Shown: positions 28,655 to 39,149, numbered from the stretch's first letter. The stretch: DNA of 64,000 bases from Deferribacterales bacterium (GCA_050251945.1 JBFWLW010000006.1:1-64000); one strand, 5' to 3'. The notes: a model not told the origin generated them from the sequence alone. Numbers and translations are program-made.

Positions 28655-29884
28655 ATGAGCTTATTCATGGAAAATTTGATTTCCGACAGACTCGGCGGTA
28701 AGATGTTCGGCAAAGACACCACCATCTACAAGTTTGAAAAGATCAAACGCGCTAAAAGAGCTGCCGTGAAGGACAACCCGGGCGTCGAACTCATCGACAT
28801 GGGCGTCGGCGAACCTGACGCTATGGCACACGATGAGGTCGTCAAAGTTCTTCAGCTTGAATCTACAAAAAAGGAGAACAGATTCTATTCCGACAACGGT
28901 ATAGATGAGTTCAAAAACGCAGCAGCGAACTATATGAAAAAGCGGTTCGGCGTGGAGCTTGACCACAACACTCAGGTCAACCACTGCATCGGTTCAAAAC
29001 CCGCTCTGGCGCTTCTCCCCATCGCTCTTATAAATCCCGGCGACGTAGCCCTCATGACAGTCCCCGGCTACCCTGTTTCCGGCACCACAACTAAATACCT
29101 CGGCGGCGAAGTTTACAACCTGCCGCTGCTTCATGAAAACAACTTCCTCCCCGTGCTTGAAAATATACCCGCGGACATCCTTAAAAGAGCAAAATTCCTG
29201 TACATGAACTACCCCAACAACCCCACAGGTGCTGTTGCCACTAAGGAATTCTATACAAAAGTAGTTAAATTTGCAAAAGAGAACGATCTTGCCGTAATCT
29301 CCGATGCAGCATACATTGAACTGTCATACGGCGAGGAACCTCTTTCCTTCCTCAGCATCGAAGGTGCGATGGAGGTCGGCATAGAAATTCACTCGCTCTC
29401 CAAATCATACAACATGACAGGCTGGCGTCTGGGCTTCGTTTGCGGTAACGAACACCTCGTTAAAGCGTTTGCGACAGTTAAAGACAATAACGATTCCGGT
29501 CAGTTCATCCCGATTCAGAAAGCAGGATGCTACTGCCTTGAAAATCCGAAACTCATTGAACATACAAAGGCTAAATACGCAAGAAGACTGAACATGCTGG
29601 CAAAAGTTCTGCGTACGCACGGTTTTACCGTGAACGAACCCAAGGGAACTTTCTACCTTTATTTCGGTATCCCCAAATCCACCGTATCCGGACGCAAGTT
29701 TGAAAGCGCCGAGCAGTTCTGTGACTTCCTTATCAGAGAGAAGCTGATCTCATCTGTCCCGTGGGACGATGCAGGCAACTTCCTGCGCTTCTCCGTCACC
29801 TTCGACGCTCCCACGGTGGAAGCGGAAGAACGGATAGCTAAGGTCATCGACGAACGACTGGCAACAGAAAAATACATATTCTGA
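28655..29884 (+). CDS. dapL: LL-diaminopimelate aminotransferase (class I/II PLP)
   Basis: YMNYPNNPTG, DAAY, HSLSKSYNMTGWRLG and DSGQF motifs. Confidence 0.8.
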   Translation: MSLFMENLISDRLGGKMFGKDTTIYKFEKIKRAKRAAVKDNPGVELIDMGVGEPDAMAHDEVVKVLQLESTKKENRFYSDNGIDEFKNAAANYMKKRFGVELDHNTQVNHCIGSKPALALLPIALINPGDVALMTVPGYPVSGTTTKYLGGEVYNLPLLHENNFLPVLENIPADILKRAKFLYMNYPNNPTGAVATKEFYTKVVKFAKENDLAVISDAAYIELSYGEEPLSFLSIEGAMEVGIEIHSLSKSYNMTGWRLGFVCGNEHLVKAFATVKDNNDSGQFIPIQKAGCYCLENPKLIEHTKAKYARRLNMLAKVLRTHGFTVNEPKGTFYLYFGIPKSTVSGRKFESAEQFCDFLIREKLISSVPWDDAGNFLRFSVTFDAPTVEAEERIAKVIDERLATEKYIF

Positions 29885-29931
29885 TCAAAGCCCCGCTAAA
29901 AATGAACTGTATCCTAAAATTTAGACAATAT

Positions 29932-29968
29932 AAAAAGCCCCTTAGCGAATAGCTAAAGGGCTTTTTTT
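29932..29968 (+). terminator. Terminator-like hairpin inside the IS left end
   Basis: AAAAAGCCCCTTAGC-GAATA-GCTAAAGGGCTTTTTTT. Confidence 0.65.
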
Positions 29969-29997
29969 CGTATAAACTAAATTTAAGGAGTATCCCA

Positions 29998-30384
29998 ATG
30001 AGAGAGCGTGAATTTACCCCAGCTGAACGAGCTTTACTCGAAAGCAATGTAAATGTGTTGAAAGTGGTGAACAGTAACATCATTTACACAGAAGAATTTA
30101 AACGTCATGCCATTAATGTATGTAAAGAAGGTGTCTCTGTTAATAATATTTTTCATGATGCTGGAATAGATTTATCAATATTCCCCCATAATTACGCTAA
30201 GTATACCCTAAAACGTTGGCGTAAAGCTCAGGAAAGTCATAAGGAACAACAAGTTCCTAAACGCAGAGGTCGCCAGAAAAATGTCAGCAATATGACCAGA
30301 GAAGAGATGGAGGCGAAGATAACCTATCTCGAAGCGGAGAATGATTTCTTAAAAAAGCTTCGAGCCTTGGAGTTAGGAGAATAG
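29998..30384 (+). CDS. IS3 transposase OrfA
   Basis: HTH-like region and LEAENDFLKKL coiled coil with A-AAA-AAG slippery site. Confidence 0.9.
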   Translation: MREREFTPAERALLESNVNVLKVVNSNIIYTEEFKRHAINVCKEGVSVNNIFHDAGIDLSIFPHNYAKYTLKRWRKAQESHKEQQVPKRRGRQKNVSNMTREEMEAKITYLEAENDFLKKLRALELGE

Positions 30385-31271
30385 CCGCTAAAGCTAAGTA
30401 TCAACTTATCTCCGAGGCATTGGTAAATAATGAGTATTTATCTGTGTCTTTGCTTTGTTCAACAGCAAAAGTGAGCCGCAGTGGTTATTATTATTGGAAG
30501 CATAACTGCAACAATACACATCTGCGTGATGCGGAATCTATTAGTTTAGTCAAATCAACACATATGAGATTTCACAGCAAGGCAGGAATCCGAACAATCA
30601 AGATGTATCTTGAGTTTAAACACGGAATCATCATGAATACCAAGAAAATACAGAGGATAAAAAAGACTTACGGGATAACAACTGAAATAGGGCGTAAAAA
30701 TAGGTACAATACGTTTAATCTTGCAGTACAAGAGGATGAAACGTCCCCAAATCTTCTCAATAGGCAATTTTGCAGAAACAGACCTCATGAAGTCTATTCT
30801 ACCGATATAACGTATCTTCCTTATGGTGCCAGCAATAGGGCTTATTTGTCGGCAGTTAAGGATTTATCAAGCAGGGAAATAGTGCACCATTGTGTAAGCC
30901 AGAATATCAGGATGGAGATAGCTTCAGAGGGATTGGACAAATTATTACAAAAACTGCCTAACGAAATAAGGAGTAACCTGATTATACATTCAGACCAAGG
31001 AAGTCACTACAGACACAGGGGTTTTAGGAATCTATTAAGAGGATACGGGGTTATGCAGTCTATGTCAAGAAAGGGGAATTGCCTTGACAATGCACCGATA
31101 GAAAGTTTCTTTGGTCATATGAAAGACGAAATAAATCTGAAAAGCTGTAAGACATTTAATGATGTAAAGACGATGGTGAACGAGTATATAAGGTACTATA
31201 ATGAAGACAGACCGCAGTGGACATTAAAAAAGATGACACCAGTGGAATACCGATGTCATCTTAATTCTTAA
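30351..31271 (+). CDS. IS3 transposase OrfB (DDE), reached by -1 frameshift
   Basis: TDITY, HSDQGSHY and DNAPIESFF motifs; -1 frame open from 30351. Confidence 0.9.
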   Translation, partial: KKASSLGVRRIAAKAKYQLISEALVNNEYLSVSLLCSTAKVSRSGYYYWKHNCNNTHLRDAESISLVKSTHMRFHSKAGIRTIKMYLEFKHGIIMNTKKIQRIKKTYGITTEIGRKNRYNTFNLAVQEDETSPNLLNRQFCRNRPHEVYSTDITYLPYGASNRAYLSAVKDLSSREIVHHCVSQNIRMEIASEGLDKLLQKLPNEIRSNLIIHSDQGSHYRHRGFRNLLRGYGVMQSMSRKGNCLDNAPIESFFGHMKDEINLKSCKTFNDVKTMVNEYIRYYNEDRPQWTLKKMTPVEYRCHLNS

Positions 31272-31347
31272 CCCGTGGCTTTTTGTGCTGTCCTAAAAAT
31301 AGGATACAGTTCAAAAGCGGGGCTTTTTTTTCGTTACAGGGGGAGAG

Positions 31348-32916
31348 ATGAACCGACTGCTCACAATCTTATTTTCAATTATTTTTACGTTATTCTCCGC
31401 TTCTGCAGAGACTGTAAAGATAATCCATATAAACGACACCCATTCCCATCTGGACAGTACGAAGGTCGATGGCGTACCCACAGGCGGAATGGCAAAAGCG
31501 GCGGCTGTCATAAAAACCCTTAAAGCTGAAAATCCGGACGCCCTGCTTCTGCATGCCGGAGACGCCGTTCAGGGAACAATCTACTATAATATGTTTAAAG
31601 GGCGTTCCGATGCGGACGTTCTGAATCCTCTGGGCTTTGATGCGATGGCGATAGGAAACCACGAATTTGACGACGGCGACGCTCAGCTTGCCGCTTTCAT
31701 AGGGATGCTGAACTTCCCCGTCATAAGCGCTAACATAATCCCTGCAAAAGGGAACGTTCTGGAAGGCAGGTTCAGCCCTTACATAATAAAAAACGGCATA
31801 GGCATAATCGGTGTTACCACCGTGAAAAAAACAAAGCACTCCTCAAGCCCCAGCGCGGAGATAGATTTCAAAGATGAAGCGAAGAGCGTTCAGAAATATG
31901 TGAACGAGCTGAAAGCGAAAGGCGTAGACAGAATAATCGTTCTAAGCCACGAGGGGTATGAAAACGACATCGAACTGGCTCAGAAGGTCACCGATATCGA
32001 CATCATCGTCGGAGGCGATTCACACACACTGCTTGGCGATTTTGATAATGCGGCGGGACCTTACCCGACTTTTGCAGAAAACAGAAACGGCGACAAGGTA
32101 TGCATCGTTCAGGCATGGGAACACGGCAAGGTCGTGGGGTTTCTTATTGCTGATTTTGACGGCGGCAAGATACGCTCATGCGGCGGTAAGCCCTACCTGA
32201 CAGCAGTTGAGGACGACAAACAGACTGCTGAAATAATATCAAAATACTCTTCGCAGGTACAAACACTGAAAAATTCCGTTGCCGGAATTGCGGAAGAGGA
32301 GATAACCCACAGACGCACCCCCGCCGGTGCAGACCCTTATTCAGGGTCGGAAGTTGTTCCTCTCGTGGCACAATCGTTCTTTGAAGCCAGCAGACGGGCG
32401 GATTTCAGCATACAGAATGCCGGCGGTATCCGCATGAGTATCCCGAAAGGTGACATCACAGTGGACGACGTGTATACGATGCTTCCCTTTTCCAACACTA
32501 TCTTTGAAATTGAGCTTTACGGTCGCGAGGTCAAAGAACTGCTTGAAGACCAGATGCAGTCGGTCATAGATAAGGGTCCGAAAGGCGGATTCCCCTATTC
32601 GTACGGTCTGCGCTACTCCATAAACGGCAAAAATCAATACGGCGAGCGGGTTAGCGATATTGAGATCAAAGACAAAAATACCGGAAAATGGATTGCTGTC
32701 CAGCCTGACAAACTCTATGTCACAGCCACTAACTCGTTCCTTGCCAAAGGAAAAGACGGTTATAAGGTATTCCGGAGAGTCATAAAGGCACGCAGCACCG
32801 GCACCGACACGGGGCTTGGCTATGCCGAAACCTTCATAGAGTTTCTGCAAAGGCACAAGACAATAAAGAAACTGCCGAAAGAGGAATATCCCATCAAAAG
32901 CTACATTGAGCCGTAA
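31348..32916 (+). CDS. Periplasmic 5'-nucleotidase / NAD nucleotidase
   Basis: Signal peptide; [22 protein letters not shown] and NAGGIR motifs. Confidence 0.9.
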   Translation: MNRLLTILFSIIFTLFSASAETVKIIHINDTHSHLDSTKVDGVPTGGMAKAAAVIKTLKAENPDALLLHAGDAVQGTIYYNMFKGRSDADVLNPLGFDAMAIGNHEFDDGDAQLAAFIGMLNFPVISANIIPAKGNVLEGRFSPYIIKNGIGIIGVTTVKKTKHSSSPSAEIDFKDEAKSVQKYVNELKAKGVDRIIVLSHEGYENDIELAQKVTDIDIIVGGDSHTLLGDFDNAAGPYPTFAENRNGDKVCIVQAWEHGKVVGFLIADFDGGKIRSCGGKPYLTAVEDDKQTAEIISKYSSQVQTLKNSVAGIAEEEITHRRTPAGADPYSGSEVVPLVAQSFFEASRRADFSIQNAGGIRMSIPKGDITVDDVYTMLPFSNTIFEIELYGREVKELLEDQMQSVIDKGPKGGFPYSYGLRYSINGKNQYGERVSDIEIKDKNTGKWIAVQPDKLYVTATNSFLAKGKDGYKVFRRVIKARSTGTDTGLGYAETFIEFLQRHKTIKKLPKEEYPIKSYIEP

Positions 32917-33001
32917 TCTGACCGATTCGGCACAGGTTCTGAACCGCGGTGTACTTATCACAATCTCCCGACGTGCTATTATGCATGAAAAGGAGGCATA
33001 T

Positions 33002-33520
33002 ATGAGATACTTTACCTTCGTAATAATCACTTTACTTGCTGTTTCCGCATATGCGGCGGACTTCAGAGTGATCGTCCCCACAGAGAAAAACGGCGTTTTA
33101 TCCAACGAACAGGTGTTCAACGGATTCGGCTGTTCAGGCGAGAACGTTTCTCCGGAAGTGGTCTGGGAAAACCCGCCGAAAGGTACAAAAAGTTTCGCTC
33201 TCACAGTATACGACCCTGATGCTCCCACAGGCTCCGGCTGGTGGCACTGGGTTGTGACCGACATCCCCGCAAACGTTCACAGGGCAGAAAAGGGTAAAGC
33301 ACCTGATGGGAGTGTCCAGTCAGGTACTGATTTCGGCAGACCCGGCTACGGAGGACCCTGTCCGCCAGAGGGAACAAACCACAGATACATATTCACAGTA
33401 ACAGCGCTTAAGGTTGAAAAACTCGGTATCGACTCCTCTGCAAGCGGCGCTCTGGCAGGGTTCATGATAAACATGAACGCCATAGGCAAAGCTACTGCAA
33501 TCGTGCGCTACGGAAGATAA
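33002..33520 (+). CDS. YbhB/YbcL-family PEBP (Raf kinase inhibitor-like) periplasmic protein
   Basis: [21 protein letters not shown] and HRYIFTV motifs. Confidence 0.92.
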   Translation: MRYFTFVIITLLAVSAYAADFRVIVPTEKNGVLSNEQVFNGFGCSGENVSPEVVWENPPKGTKSFALTVYDPDAPTGSGWWHWVVTDIPANVHRAEKGKAPDGSVQSGTDFGRPGYGGPCPPEGTNHRYIFTVTALKVEKLGIDSSASGALAGFMINMNAIGKATAIVRYGR

Positions 33521-33574
33521 ATTTTCGGGTGCGGTAAAAACGCACCCGTATTATACTTTCTACTAAGGTGAAAC

Positions 33575-34378
33575 ATGAGCAGAGAGATACGTTCCAGAAA
33601 AAATGTAGGCGCGGTGGGCACCATCGTTCAGGCATGCGAGGAGACGCTTTATAACCTTGCAATAGCCGACCCCTGCGTGATCATGGTGGAACTTGGCACC
33701 AAAAAGATGAAATCAAAGGAAAAAGGGTTTGAAATACGCTCTGCGCAGGCGCTTGCCATCTGGAATACGGTTTACATTGACGTTACTAACCTTAAGGCGG
33801 ATTCAGGTTTCTATCAGGCGTCGTGGATTGCATGGGACAGAGAACTCATTTCCGCATACGTCCTTAACCGCGCGGCAAAAAAGAACGACGCCAGAAGAGA
33901 CGTTGTTCATATACCGAAAACCGATAAAATGCTGAAAGATGCATTTGCAAGAGCCGCGGAAGGCATATCCGACGAATCTGTGCCGGAAGAGATAGCCGAA
34001 CACAGGATGGTTGAACTGCTGATGGTTCTGGACTCAAAAGGGAATTTTTCTCCGCCCGGCGCGGAAGTTCCACTTTCATGGAGACTGCGCAAAATGCTGA
34101 ACAGCGACCCTTCCCACAAATGGCGTGTGGCTGATATGACCAGAGAGGTAGGCATGAGCGAATCCACACTCCGTCGCAGACTTGCGGAAGAAAACATAAA
34201 CGTGGCGGAACTCATTACCGATGTACGGATGTCATATGCGCTCGCCCTTTTGCAGTCCACGGAGATGACAGTAGCCCGTATTGCTTCCGAAACAGGCTAC
34301 GACTGCGTTTCGCGATTCACCGCCCGCTTCCGCACACGTTTCGGGTTCACACCCTCCTCAGTCCGGGGGCAGAGATGA
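33575..34378 (+). CDS. AraC-family regulator (YbcM-like)
   Basis: MSESTLRRRL and GY..VSRF..RF..RFGFTPS HTH motifs. Confidence 0.9.
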   Translation: MSREIRSRKNVGAVGTIVQACEETLYNLAIADPCVIMVELGTKKMKSKEKGFEIRSAQALAIWNTVYIDVTNLKADSGFYQASWIAWDRELISAYVLNRAAKKNDARRDVVHIPKTDKMLKDAFARAAEGISDESVPEEIAEHRMVELLMVLDSKGNFSPPGAEVPLSWRLRKMLNSDPSHKWRVADMTREVGMSESTLRRRLAEENINVAELITDVRMSYALALLQSTEMTVARIASETGYDCVSRFTARFRTRFGFTPSSVRGQR

Positions 34379-35704
34379 TATATCCATGATGCGCTCGTCT
34401 GCTGTCGTAAGCCCTCTGCGCATACTTTCGCGTATGTAGTCCATCCCGTTGTAAAAACATTTAAGCATCACAGACAGCAGAAATCTGCCCTTCGGGGTTA
34501 TCTCCGCATTCTCACCAGAACCGCTCACAGCTCCGAGAAGGCGCAATGCGTTATACTCTATGAAAGGCTTATGGGGAGGATTACCCTCCAGCCCGAACAT
34601 CTCCACCATCATGCGATAACGGTTTATCGCGCTTTTACCGAACGTCACACTTTTTGTAGCGGAGGTCATACCTTCTGATATTCTGTCGGCGTATGTTTTT
34701 AAAGAGAAGGAGTTGGCATAAAGCGTTCCGTCCAGAAAACTGAACGCACCGGAACCAAGTCCGACGTATTCCTGATGTTCCACTACGTATTCGTCTATGT
34801 TCGTACCCGCCTCGTGCGAATAAGCCCATGAAGTTCTCTGAATATAAGGCGCACCCATCATCTGAGTGATTAGCCTGTAATGCCCTGCCTCACTCTCATA
34901 TCCAGCCTTTCCTATCCGGCTGCCGAATTTGTGTCCGGCAAAAGGGGCATACATAAGCGGGTAAAAAGTGACCTGCTGCGGGTTAAGTTTCAGAACAGTA
35001 AAAATATCCTCGCCAAGCTCGTGGGCAGTCTGTCTGGGAAAGTTATACATCATATCGACGTTTACCACCGGAAACAGCTTGAGAATCTCCTCTACCTTGC
35101 GGTACTGTTCCCCGCCGCTGCCGAACTTCATTTTGCGCCCGATACGTTCCAGATATTTATCGTTAAAGGTCTGTATCCCGACGGAAAGCCTGTCCACCCT
35201 GCCCACTGTATGTTCCAGATTCTCAGGGTCTATATGGTTAGGGTCGGTCTCAATTGAAACCTCCTTCACATCAAAAAGCTCCTTCGCAAGGTCTATGGTC
35301 TTCGCCAGTTCTCTGGGGATAACTGTCGTTGTTCCGCCGCCAAAGCAGACTGAGCTGAATTTATATCCCAATGCCGCAGTCATGCGCATCTCGCGGCGCA
35401 GAAAACGGAAATAGTTTGCCGCTGTCTCCTCGTGGAATTTGAATCTATGGAAAGAACAATAAGGACAAAGCGTTACGCAGAAAGGAATATGGATGTAGAG
35501 CATATATGATCTGCCCTCTATGGGCTTCGGAAGGGAAACTATATCCGTTTCGTCGCTGAAACGCAGGTAATACTTTACCGCCTGTTTCATAACTGCGCGG
35601 ACAAGCTTTGCCGAATAGTCCCATTCAATCGCACCTGTGTTCGCATCGGGATTAAAGTGTGATACAGCCTTGGAAAATGAAGTTTCTCTTGGAAAACCGC
35701 TCAA
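34358..35704 (-). CDS. HemN-like class C radical SAM enzyme, probable menaquinone methyltransferase (MenK/MqnK-like)
   Basis: LYIHIPFCVTLCPYCSF, GGGT, QVTFYPLM and EYVGLGSGAFSFL motifs. Confidence 0.7.
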   Translation of the reverse strand: MSGFPRETSFSKAVSHFNPDANTGAIEWDYSAKLVRAVMKQAVKYYLRFSDETDIVSLPKPIEGRSYMLYIHIPFCVTLCPYCSFHRFKFHEETAANYFRFLRREMRMTAALGYKFSSVCFGGGTTTVIPRELAKTIDLAKELFDVKEVSIETDPNHIDPENLEHTVGRVDRLSVGIQTFNDKYLERIGRKMKFGSGGEQYRKVEEILKLFPVVNVDMMYNFPRQTAHELGEDIFTVLKLNPQQVTFYPLMYAPFAGHKFGSRIGKAGYESEAGHYRLITQMMGAPYIQRTSWAYSHEAGTNIDEYVVEHQEYVGLGSGAFSFLDGTLYANSFSLKTYADRISEGMTSATKSVTFGKSAINRYRMMVEMFGLEGNPPHKPFIEYNALRLLGAVSGSGENAEITPKGRFLLSVMLKCFYNGMDYIRESMRRGLTTADERIMDISSLPPD

Positions 35705-35880
35705 ATCAGTACCCTCAATAAAATATATTTAATCGTTTGTTTTATATTAATCTCGGGTTCAAAATAAATAAAGAGAAATCGTTCACAAATATACAAAAAG
35801 AGAACCTATCGTGTCTCATTTAGTAAATCAGAACTGAATTTAAAACGGCTGCAGGCAAAAAAAATTATGATTTCAGATTA

Positions 35881-37215
35881 TCAGGAGTAAAGTTCGCGCT
35901 CGATGGTGGTGATAATAAGCTGAACTTCGCGGCTCTCTTTGTACTTATCAGCTATTGAATTGACCGAGTGCAGAACCGTAGAGTGATCTCTTCCGCCGAA
36001 CATTGAGCCGACTTCCTGCAATGAGAGGTTGAGCTTTTCCCTTAGAAGGTACATGGCAACCTGACGGGGCATGGAGATGCTTTTTGTGCGTTTTTTGGAC
36101 TTCATATCAGCCATTTTAACGTTGAAATACGACGAAACAGCCTCAATGATATTATCTGAAGTGACAACCCTGTCCTTTTTCACAAGGAATTTTTCAAGAG
36201 CCTGCGTGGCGAGGTCTATAGTTACTTTGCGCTTATGGAAGCTTGAGAACGCACTCAGGCGCACGAGAGCGCCGATAAGCTCTCTGATGTTCTCCGTAAC
36301 GAGGTTCTCCGCCATAAAAAACGCGACCTCCTGCGGCATGGGAAGCCCCATAAATTCAGCACGCTTGATAAGAATTGCGGTCTTCTCCTCAACACTGGGC
36401 GGCTGGATATCAGCTATCAGCCCCCATGAGAAGCGGCTTTTAAGTCTGTCTTCCATCTCCGGTATCTCTGCGGGGGTCTTATCGCTGGTGATAATTATCT
36501 GTTTCTGGTTATCGTAAAGAGCGTTGAAAGTGTTGAAAAACTCTTCCGTGCTTCGCTGTTTGCCGGAAAGGAACTGGACGTCATCGAAAAGAATAAGGTC
36601 AATATTGCGGTATTTATTCTGAAATTCGTCCATCTTTTTCATTCTGATGGCGTTTATCATCTCGTTGGTGAACGTTTCGCTGGTGCAGTAAAGCACTTTC
36701 ATCTTAGGGAATTTTTCAAGAATACGGTTGCCCACCGCCTGCATCATGTGGGTTTTTCCAAGCCCCACCCCGCCGTATATGAAAAGCGGGTTATACTGCA
36801 TGAACTGCCCTTCGGACACAGCCTGACACGCACTGTATGCAAATTCGTTTGAGCTTCCGGCAACGAAGTTTTCAAAGATATATTCTCTGTTGAGATTATT
36901 GCCGTTCTTTGGCTGCTGTATGATGGTTCCGGCGGGAACGCTGTGACCTTCCGTCTGTGCGGGGCGTTTTTCCGCGCCGACAGTAATGGAGACATCGGCC
37001 TCAACGGCAAGATTCTCCTTAAATACTTTCTTAATCTGAGGAAGATACTTATCTTCCGCCCATTTTTTATAAAATTTGTTTGGTGCGGTAAGTGTTATAA
37101 GGTCGCCGCGCAGCTCCGCCACAGCCATAGGCTCAAGCCAGACCTTGACCTCCTGCTCGGATATCTCTTTACGCAGGTATTTCAGCACTTCTTCCCAGAT
37201 TCCGGTTTCGTCCAT
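35881..37215 (-). CDS. dnaA: Chromosomal replication initiator DnaA
   Basis: YNPLFIYGGVGLGKTH, DDVQF, RQVAMYL and GGRDHSTV motifs. Confidence 0.98.
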   Translation of the reverse strand: MDETGIWEEVLKYLRKEISEQEVKVWLEPMAVAELRGDLITLTAPNKFYKKWAEDKYLPQIKKVFKENLAVEADVSITVGAEKRPAQTEGHSVPAGTIIQQPKNGNNLNREYIFENFVAGSSNEFAYSACQAVSEGQFMQYNPLFIYGGVGLGKTHMMQAVGNRILEKFPKMKVLYCTSETFTNEMINAIRMKKMDEFQNKYRNIDLILFDDVQFLSGKQRSTEEFFNTFNALYDNQKQIIITSDKTPAEIPEMEDRLKSRFSWGLIADIQPPSVEEKTAILIKRAEFMGLPMPQEVAFFMAENLVTENIRELIGALVRLSAFSSFHKRKVTIDLATQALEKFLVKKDRVVTSDNIIEAVSSYFNVKMADMKSKKRTKSISMPRQVAMYLLREKLNLSLQEVGSMFGGRDHSTVLHSVNSIADKYKESREVQLIITTIERELYS

Positions 37216-37302
37216 ACTGTCTTAATTATCCTGAAAAAATTGAATGAAAGAATATTATATCAGAACCTCACAAAAATGTATACTGTAACCGAAACAAATT
37301 CA

Positions 37303-38550
37303 TCAGTTCAGTATATACACTGTTTTGGGTCCTTCAAATATCTTAGATGCCTTTTTGATCTCGTCTTTCGTGATGTGACGCAGTACGTCTATATAATTCT
37401 CGAAATAGTCGCTTGAAAGTCCTACGTTCTCAAAGAAACAAGCGTACCATGCCTGTTTGGAGTTGGTCTGCGACTCGGTGAGTATCTTGCCCAGCATATA
37501 GTTTTTCACTGCCTCAAGTTCTTCGTCAGTGAGGGTTTCGGTGAATGTTCTGTTTATTCTGTCTATTGATTCCACGGCATCGGGAATGTTTTCCGAGTTA
37601 AGCCCGATATACGATATGAATCTTGACCGGCAGAGTTTTGATCCGTAAGCCGAACCGACGGAATAGGCATAGCCTTTGTCCTTGCGCAGTTCGTTGAAAT
37701 ATCTGCTGCTCATGCCTCCGCCAAGTATGTCCGCAATGACCTTAATGGAGGGATAATCCTTATCACCCGCATCAGGAGCTGTGTAACCTATGTAAAGTTT
37801 CGCCTGCTTGGCGTTTTTGTCCTTCTCTTCAATTCTGGAATCTTTAGCTATATCACTGCCTTCGCATGAAGGAACATATTCCTTTCCGGCAGGAAGCGCC
37901 GCAAAAACAGCACGAATCCGTCCCATCTGGTCGTCAGTAAAATTGCCTGCCACGGCAAGAGTGATGTTCTTTCCTGCAAACATCTCTTCCGCATATACCT
38001 TCATATCAGCTTCCGTAAGGGATTCAACGCTTTCCAGCGTTCCTTCGGAGGGCATTCCGTAAGGATGCGAACCGTACGTAGCCTTGTTAAAGTTATTGAA
38101 TGATCTTGCAGAAGGGTTGTCTTCTGAAGAAATAATAGCCTCTTTCAGCAGATTCTTTTCACGCTTGAACACCTCGCTGTCAATCACGGGGTTGTTGAGC
38201 ATAGTTGAATAGAACCCTATCAGTTTATCAAATTTGTCTGAAGGGATGGAGAATGAAACCTCCATAAAATCCGAACCCACTGACGCGGATATGCTCCCGC
38301 CGTAGAACTCGACCTGTTTCAGCAGTTCGCTGCTCTTAACCCATGCCGAGGTGAACAGATCGCCCAAGCCGTTATTTTTTTCGGTCTCTCTTATGGTGCC
38401 GCCCTTAACAAAGAATACCACAGACATTGTGTTCGTATAGGGACGTTTGATCTCGATAACTCTGACACCGTTTTCCATAACAGGCTTTCCTCCGGCATAA
38501 ACATAAAGCGCGCTGAACAGACTCAGCAGACAAATTAAAAATATTCTCAT
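37303..38550 (-). CDS. M16-family peptidase-like protein (no HXXEH)
   Basis: Signal peptide; HPYG and GGGMSSRYFNELR..GYAYSV motifs. Confidence 0.8.
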   Translation of the reverse strand: MRIFLICLLSLFSALYVYAGGKPVMENGVRVIEIKRPYTNTMSVVFFVKGGTIRETEKNNGLGDLFTSAWVKSSELLKQVEFYGGSISASVGSDFMEVSFSIPSDKFDKLIGFYSTMLNNPVIDSEVFKREKNLLKEAIISSEDNPSARSFNNFNKATYGSHPYGMPSEGTLESVESLTEADMKVYAEEMFAGKNITLAVAGNFTDDQMGRIRAVFAALPAGKEYVPSCEGSDIAKDSRIEEKDKNAKQAKLYIGYTAPDAGDKDYPSIKVIADILGGGMSSRYFNELRKDKGYAYSVGSAYGSKLCRSRFISYIGLNSENIPDAVESIDRINRTFTETLTDEELEAVKNYMLGKILTESQTNSKQAWYACFFENVGLSSDYFENYIDVLRHITKDEIKKASKIFEGPKTVYILN

Positions 38551-39149
38551 ATCACAAAAACCTTGCGTCCTTCAACCCTAAGTCTGTCCGCGCAGAACAG
38601 CGCAACAGCTTCGGGATATATTCTGTGTTCCTCTTTCAGTATGCGTTCGGAAAGAGTGTGGTCGTCGTCATCCTGCTGAACAGGTACCACCGCCTGAATA
38701 ATAATGCTTCCGTGATCCATCTCCTCGTCAACAAAATGCACTGTGCATCCTGCGAATTTCACTCCGTACTCGAACGCCTGTTTCTGCGCGTCAAGCCCCT
38801 TGAAAGAGGGAAGAAGCGAAGGATGTATATTAAGTATCCTGTTGCGGAACTCGCTTACAAAATATGGAGATATGATACGCATGAATCCAGCCAGACAGAT
38901 AAGCTCCACGCCGTTCTCTCTGAGTATGCGCACCAGTTCCCTGTCGTATGCCTCGCGTCCGTCGAACTCTTTCGGGTTAACGAACACTGCGTTCAGACCC
39001 TGTTCACGTGCGAACTCAAGCCCTTTGGCGTCTGCTTTGTTGCTTATGACAACGGCTATCTTGCCGTTTATAGCGCCTTCGTCTATTTTTTTCTTGATTG
39101 ATATAAAGTTACTGCCGCGACCGGACAGAAGAACAGCTATCTTTTTCAA
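38547..39149 (-). CDS. purN: Phosphoribosylglycinamide formyltransferase
   Basis: SGRGSN, NIHPSLLP and GCTVHFV motifs. Confidence 0.97.
   Translation of the reverse strand: MKKIAVLLSGRGSNFISIKKKIDEGAINGKIAVVISNKADAKGLEFAREQGLNAVFVNPKEFDGREAYDRELVRILRENGVELICLAGFMRIISPYFVSEFRNRILNIHPSLLPSFKGLDAQKQAFEYGVKFAGCTVHFVDEEMDHGSIIIQAVVPVQQDDDDHTLSERILKEEHRIYPEAVALFCADRLRVEGRKVFVI

Larger units (their letters stand above)
29903..31313 (+). mobile_element. IS3-family insertion sequence (IS150-like), 1411 bp
   Basis: TG...CA ends; IRs start with an identical TGAACTGTATCCTA; AAA direct repeats at 29900-29902 and 31314-31316; orfA/orfB; AT-rich. Confidence 0.95.
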
